29,522 bases of DNA from Paraspadella gotoi (lineage: Eukaryota; Animalia; Chaetognatha): assembly GCA_051294375.1 (NCBI GenBank), contig CM119267.1:2290387-2319908 (forward strand), written 5' to 3'. Below the pieces are notes generated by a model. It saw only the letters and a program-made list of their open reading frames with translations, was not told where the DNA came from and ran no database searches. Below are positions 10,726 to 21,730 of this stretch, in pieces (position 1 is the first letter of the stretch; every line of letters begins with the position of its first letter). Both the position numbers and the translations under genes were made by a program.

Positions 10726-11980
10726 GTTAGTGGGGATACTGAGTTCTTGAGTTACTGAGTAGCTNNNNNNNNNNNNNNNNNNNNNNNNNGAAAAGAAAAG
10801 GAAGGAAAAGCGAAAAAAGGATCTGATGTTGAACCGAAGAGGAAAAAGGGAGATCCCTGCTGACGAGGAATTAAGGAGAAACACGAGAGGCTTATGACGA
10901 GAGAAGGATTAGCTCATGATTCGTCGAGCGGCTGGGGAGACATTGCTGGAGTAGCGGTTAGTCTGCTGGANNNNNNNNNNNNNNNNNNNNNNNNNNNNNN
11001 NNNNNNNNNNNNNNNNNNNNNNNNNNNNNNNNNNNNNNNNNNNNNNNNNNNNNNNNNNNNNNNNNNNNNNNNNNNNNNNNNNNNNNNNNNNNNNNNNNNN
11101 NNNNNNNNNNNNNNNNNNNNNNNNNNNNNNNNNNNNNNNNNNNNNNNNNNNNNNAAAAAAACGGGCGAATAATATTTTACGTCATGAAAAAAAGCAGCGT
11201 CTTACTTGAGGCGAAACCATATTCTTTAGGGCAGGAATGAAAATTTTTAAATCGCAAGAAAAATGGAAAAAAAAATAAAATTGAGGATACACTTATGTGG
11301 TTTACAGAACAAATCGAGATCCCGCAAGGGCAGAGAGAGGACGGCCTAGGCCTGCACCTGTTAGTGGTATGAGAGAGAGAGAGAAGAGAGAGAGAGAAGA
11401 GAAAGGACACAGAAGAGCAGTGGAGAGCAGAGAGAGATGGTTAGGAGAGAGGAGAGAGAGGGAGAGGAGAGAGGAGAGAGCGAGAGAGAAGAGAAGAAGA
11501 GAGAGAAGAGATTGGATATGATTGATTGATGTGTGTATTAATGCTCAAAAATGTGAATGTTTAAACACCAGTAAAACAATGTAACATTATGAGCCGTACA
11601 TATACAATTATGTACAAGCATATTTAAAGAGAAATTGTTAAACTAAATTAACAAAACAAACAATTACAGAAGTGGAGCTAATTATATAGCATAGTTTTAA
11701 ATGTTCAGTATTTAACATAAGGATCCCGGTTCCCTTTTTTAACGTTTCCACACTACTCGTCTGATCCGAATCATGTGAATATGCCTTTAGTTTTCTATGT
11801 TATTTAAGTATTAATACAAAAAAAGCGTATTTTATCAAGATGGACATAAAAGTTAAATGAAAGAGAAGAAGAGAGAGAGAGGGAAGAAAAGAAAGAGAGT
11901 ATTGGAGATTGTGGAAGAAGTAAACAAACGTTGAAAGATGAAAGAAAAAGGCGAAGACAGTGAAAACTCGCTTTGAGTTC

Positions 11981-12036
<56 letters not shown>

Positions 12037-12048
12037 GCCGCCGCCGCC
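11981..12048. repeat. (CCG)n microsatellite
   Basis: Directly visible. Confidence 0.97.
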
Positions 12049-12236
12049 ATCATCACCAAAAACTCGGCTCCATTTTTCGTCGAGATTGAATGGAATCGGA
12101 GGCGCAAGAAAATGGCGAATGGCACAGGATGACTTAAGAAGGCGCACGTTGAAGTTAGATGGCGCTTTTTCTTATTCGATTGAAGCGACGGGTTTTCGTT
12201 GTTTTTTATTGTGGTTATTTGACTTTGGACTGAAGT

Positions 12237-12402
12237 GAATGGCGTAGGATGGCGTTGGATGGCGTTGGATGGCGTTGGATAGAGTTGGATGGCGTTAGAT
12301 TATGTTGGATGGCGTTGAACTTCGTTAGATGGCGTTGGATGGCGTTGAATGGCATTGGATGGCGTTGAATGGCAGTAGATGGCGTTGGACGGCGTTGGAT
12401 GG
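12237..12402. repeat. 10-bp minisatellite (GGATGGCGTT)n, ~16 units
   Basis: The 10-bp phase is directly visible. Confidence 0.95.
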
Positions 12403-13071
12403 TAACAGAAAAGCAAAAGATGGAGGCCAAAAGAAAAAAATAATGATCGTAGAACTTTTTTTTACTTTTTTGGTTGGAATTCGTGGAGGAAACTGAGATT
12501 TAGGGAGGAAGGAAGGAAAGGAAAGGAGAAAAGGAAAGGAGGAAAGGAGAAACGGAAAGGAGAAAAGGAAAGGAAGACAGGAAAGAAAGAAAAGGAAAGT
12601 AGGAAAGGAGGAAATGAAAAGAAAGGACGGAAGAAAAGGAAGTAGGAAATGCAATAAAGAAAGAAAACGAGATGAAGAGAGGAAAGAAAAGAAGGAGAAT
12701 CAGGGAAGAGAGAAATTCCATTTTAGTCACGAAGAAAATGTCGGATATTTTGCCGACCGATGGGATTCTTTTTCTTTTCTTTTTNNNNNNNNNNNNNNNN
12801 NNNNNNNNNNNNNNNNNNNNNNNNNNGATTTCTTTTTCTTTTCTTTTTATTTCTTTTTCTTTTCTTCTGCTCTTCAGGGATTCCGATGATTTCGGTTCTT
12901 CTGCGAAAGAAACTAAAAAGAGAAAAGTAAACAAAAATAGTAAACAAACAAACGATCCAAAGTAAAAACTAAAAATCGTTTTTTCCCCAACTAGAGTTAT
13001 GAGTTATGGCTGGCAGTTTATTCTTAACGAGAGCAGAAAATCCAAACAAAAAACCGTTTATCTTTAAAAGC

Positions 13072-13076
<5 letters not shown>

Positions 13077-13128
<52 letters not shown>
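13077..13128. repeat. (GA)n microsatellite
   Basis: Directly visible. Confidence 0.97.
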
Positions 13129-13132
<4 letters not shown>

Positions 13133-14448
13133 AACCGGATCCGTCTCGATGAGAATTCATGAATTCAAATATCGACAAAAGCCTCGATTAATTAATTTCC
13201 ACAAGTTTTCATATAATTAATTTTATTAATAAACTTAATGTGTGAAATTAAGAGGAGACGCGAAAAGTCTAGTTTTTTTTTCCACGATGGTACGTATCCT
13301 GATTACAATTTTTTTTCTTTTAAATAAAATGATTAATTTTTTTTATTCTGAATTATTTATTCAATTTTTCGATCATTTTTTATTTTGGTTTCAAATTTTC
13401 GTCGACGTTGNNNNNNNNNNNNNNNNNNNNNNNNNNNNNNNNNNNNNNNNNNNNNNNNNNNNNNNNNNNNNNNNNNNNNNNNNNNNNNNNNNNNNNNNNN
13501 NNNNNNNNNNNNNNNNNNNNNNNNNNNNNNNNNNNNNNNNNNNNNNNNNNNNNNNNNNNNNNNNNNNNNNNNNNNNNNNNNNNNNNNNNCTCGATCGGTT
13601 TTTCAATCAATTCCGATCAAAAAAATGTAATTTAATCAATATTTCTTCGAATTTCATGATTTACGACGTTTGCCTTTTGTTTTTAATTCGATCTTCGCGT
13701 GAGATTTGTTCTCTTTTCGATCGAATCGTCAATTTTCCTCTCGGCCGATGACGGGGAACGACTCTTTTTTTTCAGNNNNNNNNNNCCAACGACTTTTTTT
13801 ATGGTTTTTCATTCTCGACTCCAAAGAAAAATTCGTTTTTGATTGATGCAACCGAATATCGTGCGGAGAGAGAGGACGAGACACGAGAACAGGAGGAGGA
13901 AGAGGAGGAGGAGAAGGAGGAAGAGGAGGAGAAGGAGGAGGAGGAAGAAGAGGAGGAGGAGAAATAAGGAAGAAAAGAGGAGGAAAGAAGGAAGGAAGTC
14001 AGGATTGTAAGTGTGGGAAAAAAAAAGAAAAGACACAACGAGTTTAACTGAGAAACGTAAGTCTGGAAATATGAAATGACGTGAAAAGATCAAGACACAA
14101 AAAATAAGAGCATCAATTAAAGCGGAAATTTAAAATAACATGAGAGCAATAGCATTCAACACATCGCCAAGACTTTTAAACAATCTGCAAAACAAAACAA
14201 AAAAGGACAACGACGAAGACGAAGAAGATGACGACTAAAACAACGACGACGACGACGGAGACGAAGATTACGACGAAAAAGTCGATGACGACGACGACGA
14301 CGACGACCTCGTTTCGTCGACATAAAAATCCGAGAAAAAATAAATCACCGAAAAGAAAACAATTTTTTTCTCTTAAAAAAGGAAAAACAACAAGAAGAGT
14401 AATTCAAATGTGTTGCGCCGCAGTGACTGCCTTATTGCATGTATTTCT

Positions 14449-14491
14449 CATGACATGACATGACGTGACGTGACATGACATGACGTGACAT
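14449..14491. repeat. Pentamer microsatellite (CATGA/CGTGA)n
   Basis: Directly visible. Confidence 0.9.
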
Positions 14492-14580
14492 AATATCATT
14501 AACATGACTACATGACTACAATAACTTTCTTAGCCCGTGTATCACTGCATCAAAATTCCGTCTTTTATCCTATTTTAGTT

Positions 14581-14810
14581 TTAGGATTTCCTAAAGGCGG
14601 CGCAAGCAGTCACTTAGATTTGAGGTTTTTTCTGTGTTAACAAAAGAGCAACCAATTATAGGGAAATTATAGGCATTTTTAACGTACATAAGTTGGATAG
14701 ACTGACGGAAAGACATACCGACCGACGGACCGCTTGACGGACCGACAGACAGTCCGACCGAAAAGTGACTTAAAGAGTTGCTCCGTGAGTACTCGCGGCG
14801 CAACTAAAAA
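14581..14810 (-). mobile_element. Non-autonomous Helentron-associated (HINE/DINE-1-like) element
   Basis: On the minus strand: TTTTT, then a 30-bp imperfect palindrome (14776-14805, 13 of 15 positions pair), subterminal inverted repeat AGTCACTT/AAGTGACT (14608-14615/14763-14770), a GTCN tetramer microsatellite (~14700-14760) and a short hairpin TTAGG-ATTT-CCTAA (14581-14594). The family assignment is from architecture only. Confidence 0.55.
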
Positions 14811-17363
14811 CTTGAAAAAAAAAGAAAGAAAAAAGAAAAAAAGAAAGAAAAAACTGGCTTAAAATAAATGTTAATCTAAAAAGAAAAATTAAAAAGGAAA
14901 AAAAAAATATTTTCTACCAAATAATAAGAGAATTTCATNNNNNNNNNNNNNNNNNNNNNNNNNNNNNNNNNNNNNNNNNNNNNNNNNNNNNNNNNNNNNN
15001 NNNNNNNNNNNNNNNNNNNNNNNNNNNNNNNNNNNNNNNNNNNNNNNNNNNNNNNNNNNNNNNNNNNNNNNNNNNNNNNNNNNNNNNNNNNNNNNNNNNN
15101 NNNNNNNNNNNNNNNNNNNNNNNNNNNNNNNNNNNNNNNNNNNNNNNNNNNNNNNNNNNNNNNNNNNNNNNNNNNNNNNNNNNNNNNNNNNNNNNNNNNN
15201 NNNNNNNNNNNNNNNNNNNNNNNNNNNNNNNNNNNNNNNNNNNNNNNNNNNNNNNNNNNNNNNNNNNNNNNNNNNNNNNNNNNNNNNNNNNNNNNNNNNN
15301 NNNNNNNNNNNNNNNNNNNNNNNNNNNNNNNNNNNNNNNNNNNNNNNNNNNNNNNNNNNNNNNNNNNNNNNNNNNNNNNNNNNNNNNNNNNNNNNNNNNN
15401 NNNNNNNNNNNNNNNNNNNNNNNNNNNNNNNNNNNNNNNNNNNNNNNNNNNNNNNNNNNNNNNNNNNNNNGTGAGATAGAGAGCGAGAGGATTTTCATAC
15501 CAATTTCCAAAATAACAGAAAAAGAAAACGAAGGAAACGCGAAAGTTTTTTTATCGTCAATTTGGGGTTTGTTTTGGGTCAAAAAGCGGAGAGAGAGGGA
15601 GAGGGAGTGAAGAACAGGGAGAGGGAGTCATGGTGAAGGAAGGAAATAGGGAGAGAGAGATGGAGTGAAGAAGAGAGAGAGAAAGGAAGAAGGAAATGAG
15701 AGTTTCATCCCGCCAGGTCAACTGTGGGTATCGCAATACGTAAAGTGGGTTTCACGCTTGGTATACTGCGGGTCTCGTACCTCGTTCATAGACTGTTGAT
15801 GTTGGACTTATACACTGTGGAGTGTGGATATCACGAGAGATCTATTTAAAACTTCTCTTTATCTGTTCTCCCTTTTCACGACAAGTTCTCCTCTTTTTCT
15901 GNNNNNNNNNNNNNNNNNNNNNNNNNNNNNNNNNNNNNNNNNNNNNNNNNNNNNNNNNNNNNNNNNNNNNNNNNNNNNNNNNNNNNNNNNNNNNNNNNNN
16001 NNNNNNNNNNNNNNNNNNNNNNNNNNNNNNNNNNNNNNNNNNNNNNNNNNNNNNNNNNNNNNNNNNNNNNNNNNNNNNNNNNNNNNNNNNNNNNNNNNNN
16101 NNNNNNNNNNNNNNNNNNNNNNNNNNNNNNNNNNNNNNNNNNNNNNNNNNNNNNNNNNNNNNNNNNNNNNNNNNNNNNNNNNNNNNNNNNNNNNNNNNNN
16201 NNNNNNNNNNNNNNNNNNNNNNNNNNNNNNNNNNNNNNNNNNNNNNNNNNNNNNNNNNNNNNNNNNNNNNNNNNNNNNNNNNNNNNNNNNNNNNNNNNNN
16301 NNNNNNNNNNNNNNNNNNNNNNNNNNNNNNNNNNNNNNNNNNNNNNNNNNNNNNNNNNNNNNNNNNNNNNNNNNNNNNNNNNNNNNNNNNNNNNNNNNNN
16401 NNNNNNNNNNNNNNNNNNNNNNNNNNNNNNNNNNNNNNNNNNNNNNNNNNNNNNNNNNNNNNNNNNNNNNTCAAACGAACTGACTTGAATATGACTGTTG
16501 ATTGGTTGGCGCCCAAGATATGAGAAATATTGACGACAGGTTTTTCTGCTTCGGTTTCCTTCGGATGCTTAATTATATTTGACGATATTGATCGAATCCG
16601 ATTAGATATTTTTTGGGCAAAAAAAATATGTTAATTATTAACAATAAAAATAAAAATAAAAGTAAAAATAACAATAAATCTGGGAACTTCCCTTTTGTGT
16701 TTTAACTTATCTTTTTTCGACGACATCAACTCATTCACTCATTTCTTTTCTTTTCTTTTTCATTTATTTCCTTTCCTCTCAACTTCTCTTTCTCTCGTCT
16801 CCCCTTCCGCTCTCCGTCTTTTGATTTCTCTCCTTCTCCTCTCTCCTCCCTCCCTTCCTTTCTCTCTCTCCCTCTCCTTTCTCCTCCCTTCTTTCCTTTC
16901 TNNNNNNNNNNNNNNNNNNNNNNNNNNNNNNNNNNNNNNNNNNNNNNNNNNNNNNNNNNNNNNNNNNNNNNNNNNNNNNNNNNNNNNNNNNNNNNNNNNN
17001 NNNNNNNNNNNNNNNNNNNNNNNNNNNNNNNNNNNNNNNNNNNNNNNNNNNNNNNNNNNNNNNNNNNNNNNNNNNNNNNNNNNNNNNNNNNNNNNNNNNN
17101 NNNNNNNNNNNNNNNNNNNNNNNNNNNNCTTTCTCTCTCTCCCTCTCCTCTCTCCTCCCTCCTTTCCTTTCTCTCTCTCCCTCGCCTCTCTCCTTCCTCT
17201 TTCCCCCTCAGGACCGGACCCGCTTTACCCTGGAATCGCTTTTCCAATAAACGGACCTCATAAAGCCTAATTTACTGTAACCGTGAATAGAGAGTATCGC
17301 AATAAAATGAAAGCCTGTACGAATCTGAGACGGGGTTCAGATAGAGAGGGAGAGTGAGGGAGG

Positions 17364-17367
<4 letters not shown>

Positions 17368-17457
<90 letters not shown>
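17368..17457. repeat. (GA)n microsatellite
   Basis: Directly visible. Confidence 0.97.
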
Positions 17458-17460
<3 letters not shown>

Positions 17461-18865
17461 AAAGATTGGTCTTGGTTCAGGGAAAAGGAAAATGTGCAAT
17501 TAGAAATAGAGCTCTTTTTATTTCATAATGTTTGACATTTATTGTACAAACGAACTTTAATTTAATATTTTCCTTTTCAATAAAAATCTTTAGCTTATGT
17601 TCGATTTTATTAGATTATCAGTCTCTATGGAAAAAATGAAATAAAAATTTTAGATGTGGAAAGCTTATAAAACAGATTTTATGATGTGAAAACTATCAAT
17701 TTAAAGAAATAGGAAAAATAGTTAATAAAACGCATAGTGGGAGATATAGTGAGAAAAAGACAGAAAGAGAGATAGAGAAGGAGAAAGACAGATAGAAAGA
17801 GAAAGACGGAGAGGAAGAAAGAGAAAGAGAAAGGCAGAGAGAAAGAGAGATAGAGATAGATAAAGACAGAGAAGAAAAATGAAGGAGAGAAGGTCACGGC
17901 CGAAAAAAAATTAGAGAATCTTTGAACAAATGGGAAAAAGAAAAAAGGAGGAAGGAACTAGGAAGATAAGAAAAATGGAGGAAGTGAAAAGGAAAAGAGA
18001 AAAAAAGGAGGGAGGAAAGAAAAAGAAAATAAAAAAGAGATGAGAGAAAGAAAAGATAAAAGGTGGAAGAAAAAAGAAAAGAAAACAAAAAAGGAGGAAT
18101 TAAAAAAAAAAGATAAAAGGAGGAAGGAAAAAAAAGAAGAAAAAAATAAGAGGAAAAAGAAAAGAAATGAAAAAAGGTCAATTTTGAAGGACGGAATAGA
18201 GAAGACGACGACGACGACGACGACGACGACGACTAGATCGAGATGGAAATTAAAACCTTAATTGATTTTGTATTTGTTGTTGTTTTCATTGATGAGAAGA
18301 AAAACTTCGATGATTAGGACAAAATGACAACTTAAAATGAGAGCTAATTAATGACAAGGAAAGACAGTGAAATGTCTTTTGATTAAGAGAGAGAGAGAGN
18401 NNNNNNNNNNNNNNNNNNNNNNNNNNNNNNNNNNNNNNNNNNNNNNNNNNNNNNNNNNNNNNNNNNNNNNNNNNNNNNNNNNNNNNNNNNNNNNNNNNNN
18501 NNNNNNNNNNNNNNNNNNNNNNNNNNNNNNNNNNNNNNNNNNNNNNNNNNNNNNNNNNNNNNNNNNNNNNNNNNNNNNNNNNNNNNNNNNNNNAAAGAAG
18601 AACTTCAAAGAAGTTATCGTCTCTGCGAAAATATCAAAACTTAACATCGTTCATTTGAAAGTCTAAAGTGTAATTCGTTGTCATCATTATCATCATAATC
18701 ATTATCATCTTCATCGTCATCATCATTATCACGATTATTATCGTCATAATGATCGTTATAAACAACAAACATTCACTTAGACGAGTGAACTAATTTATTC
18801 GAGATGTTTAATTGGATAAGAAAAAACACATTCGGTTACCATGACGACCAGGCACCAGGCGGTGA

Positions 18866-18866
18866 A

Positions 18867-18899
<33 letters not shown>

Positions 18900-18992
18900 A
18901 ACCACCATTGCATTATCGCTGTCGACCTTTGGACCGACGAACGTCAACAAAACTTGATCCTTTGAAGCATAAGTGAGACCAAGGACAACGAC

Positions 18993-19023
<31 letters not shown>

Positions 19024-19386
19024 NNNNNNNNNNNNNNNNNNNNNNNNNNNNNNNNNNNNNNNNNNNNNNNNNNNNNNNNNNNNNNNNNNNNNNNNNNNNN
19101 NNNNNNNNNNNNNNNNNNNNNNNNNNNNNNNNNNNNNNNNNNNNNNNNNNNNNNNNNNNNNNNNNNNNNNNNNNNNNNNNNNNNNNNNNNNNNNNNNNNN
19201 NNNNNNNNNNNNNNNNNNNNNNNNNNNNNNNNNNNNNNNNNATGATGATGATGATAATGACGATTGTGATGATGATGATGACGATGGCGACGATGATGTT
19301 GAAGATGATGATGATGATGATAATAATGACGATGATGATGATATTCGCTTTAGTGACGATAATTTATTAAATAACAAACTGTACCT

Positions 19387-19438
<52 letters not shown>

Positions 19439-19835
19439 AGCCACCGCCGCCGCCGCCGCCTTCGACAACAACGATCTGTGTCACATTACCAAGATGATTC
19501 GTCCGAGAAAACGTGTGTTGCTTTCAAAGAGACTCATGATGATGAAGATGATGAAGACGATGACGACGACGATGACGACGACGAAGACGATGATGAAGAT
19601 GATGAAGACGACGGCGACGACGACGAAGACGATGCTGACGAAAAAACATCGCTGTAAACGAAAAGAAGATAAACAAGAAAGAATAAAATAGGAGGAAATT
19701 AAGAAAGAGAATTAGAAGGAAACAGAAAAAAACACAAACGAAAACGTAAAGAAACAAACTGGAGATAAATTGCAAGGCGAAAAAAAAACGACGACGACAA
19801 CGACAACGTGAGGAATAGATGGAAAGGGAATGCTT

Positions 19836-19868
<33 letters not shown>

Positions 19869-19968
19869 GCGAGGTCAGGAGTCAGGATGGATGAAGGTAA
19901 AACCCGGAAAACGTCACACGAACATTTTATATCGGTGTCGATGTCGTCGTCGTCGTCGTCGTCGTCGT

Positions 19969-20000
<32 letters not shown>
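18866..20000. repeat. Compound trinucleotide cluster: (GAC)n, (GAT)n, (CCG)n 19387-19460, (CGG)n 19835-19867, (GTC)n 19943-20000
   Basis: Directly visible; includes an N-gap. Confidence 0.93.
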
Positions 20001-20168
20001 CTTGTCGTTGGTCTCCTCTAAAAAGAACATAAGGAGTGAGAAGAGAGGAAGAGAAGTTTGGGGGAGAGAGAGAGGAAGAGGGGGAGAGGGGGAGAGAGGA
20101 AGAGAGGAAGAGGAAGAGAGAAAGAGGAAGAGAGGAATATGCAATTTTATTCAGCGATAAAATTTCCT

Positions 20169-20343
20169 AATGCCGTTTTGCAATGCCATTTTAAAATGTC
20201 ATTCTGCAAATCCGTTATGTTATGTCATTCTGCAATGGCATTCGGCAATGCCGTTCTGCAATGCCATTTTAAAATGTCATTCTGCAATTCCGTTATGTAA
20301 TGTCATTCTGCAATGCCGTTTTGCAATGCCATTACGAAATGCC
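20169..20343. repeat. 13-bp minisatellite (AATGYCRTTYTGC)n with 78-bp higher-order repeat
   Basis: 13 in-phase units; units 7-11 repeat the variants of units 1-5. Confidence 0.92.
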
Positions 20344-20568
20344 AAACAGCAACTCCATCAACAAAGCCATTCTTGTTATTCCACCAAGCGTTTTAGCAAT
20401 GCCATTCTACCAAGACATTCCGGATTGCCATTTTCCCCCTCGTTAAGCAATTGCTCCCTGAACTTTCAAAAAACAACAACAACAACAACAATAACAACAA
20501 CAACAACAAAAACAACAACAACAACAACAATTCAGGCCTTTGTCCCGCATCCCATACGTTCAACTTAT

Positions 20569-20606
20569 GCACGTAATTCGCACGAAGTTCGCACGTAGTT
20601 CGCACG
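20569..20606. repeat. 11-bp tandem repeat (GCACGWARTTC) x3.5
   Basis: GCACGTAATTC GCACGAAGTTC GCACGTAGTTC GCACG. Confidence 0.85.
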
Positions 20607-20687
20607 CTTCAATGGACGCGCGCAATCATGCCGAACGATAAACGCGATGCGATGCGCTCGACCCTAATTCCGGCGGAGTCTTGGGAA

Positions 20688-20727
20688 GGAGAGAGAGAGA
20701 GAGAAAGAGGAGAAAGGAGAGAAAGAG

Positions 20728-20780
<53 letters not shown>

Positions 20781-20849
20781 AGAGATAGAGAAGAGAGAGA
20801 GAGATATAGAAAGAGAGAGAGAGAGAGAGAGAGGTGAGAGAGAGAGAGT

Positions 20850-20907
<58 letters not shown>
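20688..20907. repeat. Imperfect (GA)n tract at the left edge of the duplication (others at ~21591-21727 and ~26580-26680)
   Basis: Directly visible. Confidence 0.95.
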
Positions 20908-20911
<4 letters not shown>

Positions 20912-20914
20912 TTG

Positions 20915-20950
20915 TAACTAAAACGTCTCGTTCGTCCTTCATCAGAGGAC
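20915..20950 (-). ncRNA. Degenerate hammerhead-like motif (also at ~25888-25923)
   Basis: Minus strand GTCCT-CTGATGA-AGGACGAAC-GAGA-CG-TT resembles the CTGATGAAGG...CGAAACGTT pattern, but GAAA is GAGA in both copies and stem II does not pair. Confidence 0.3.
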
Positions 20951-21589
20951 TGAGGACATGAATGATCAACAAAGACGATAAGCAACGACGACGAACAAGA
21001 GAACGAATTTGTAGAGACGATCGAACATTGCAGAATGTGGAGGAATCTTGCTGACATAAGTTTTGCAGATTTGCTGCTCAAGGCTTTTCTTGCCTTTTCA
21101 ACGAATAATTGGTTCGATTGCTCTTTTGTTGCGGACAAGATAAGTAAGCAATAGAAACGCAACAGAAAATTGATATAAAACTCAAATGAAGAAATTCTGA
21201 TTTTGAGTAAATGTTGCTCTTTATTTTACGAACGGGAAAATTCCGCATTAAATTGTTTATCCATTTGAATTTCTTCCAGTTTTATGAAAAAAAGAGAAAA
21301 ATATTGACCTTCTTATTTTCCATTTTCTTTTTTTTTCTCGGCCTACTTTCTTTCGCCCTCTCCTCTCTCACCCTCTTGACTGGCTCTCCCCTCTATCCTG
21401 CTCCCTCTCCGTCCCCTCTCGCCCTCTCCTACTCTCCCCTCGTCCTTTTTCCCTCCTCCCTCTCTTTTTCGAGGGCGGCGGAGATTGGCGTATGCCTCGG
21501 GTCAGCGGCACCGCGACCGACAGTCCTCGGGGTCTACGGTTTTTTGAAGAACAGGAAATTGAAAAAAGCGTGTAATGATGAACGAGAGT

Positions 21590-21642
<53 letters not shown>

Positions 21643-21657
21643 GAGAGAGAGAGAGCT

Positions 21658-21730
<73 letters not shown>

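Noticed and set aside
10860-10882. Other CTGANGA boxes (10860, ~12871 minus, 19635, 21922, 26872) as hammerheads
   Set aside because: No pairable stem II followed by a correctly placed GAAA.
2100-11300. LTR retrotransposon suggested by similar sequence at ~2.2 kb and ~10.8 kb
   Set aside because: No TG...CA ends, PBS, PPT or gag/pol motifs. The interior holds a spliced lipase gene, and the similarity continues as stretched anchors to 6.6/12.3 kb.
11960-12238. Poly-Pro/Gly/Ala ORFs
   Set aside because: (CCG)n microsatellite with no splice context or domain signal.
13153-13166. Perfect 14-bp palindrome GAATTCATGAATTC, and TCGTGGA-T-TCCACGA at 25753-25767
   Set aside because: Short isolated palindromes, plausible by chance in 29 kb, with no supporting context.
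16507-16517. TGGCGCCCAA resembling a tRNA-Lys primer-binding site
   Set aside because: Only a 10-nt match, with no adjacent LTR end or downstream gag-like ORF.
20170-20598. Cys/His-periodic 142-aa ORF resembling a metal-binding repeat protein
   Set aside because: It is the translation of a 13-bp minisatellite; the period is not a multiple of three and all frames give similar text.
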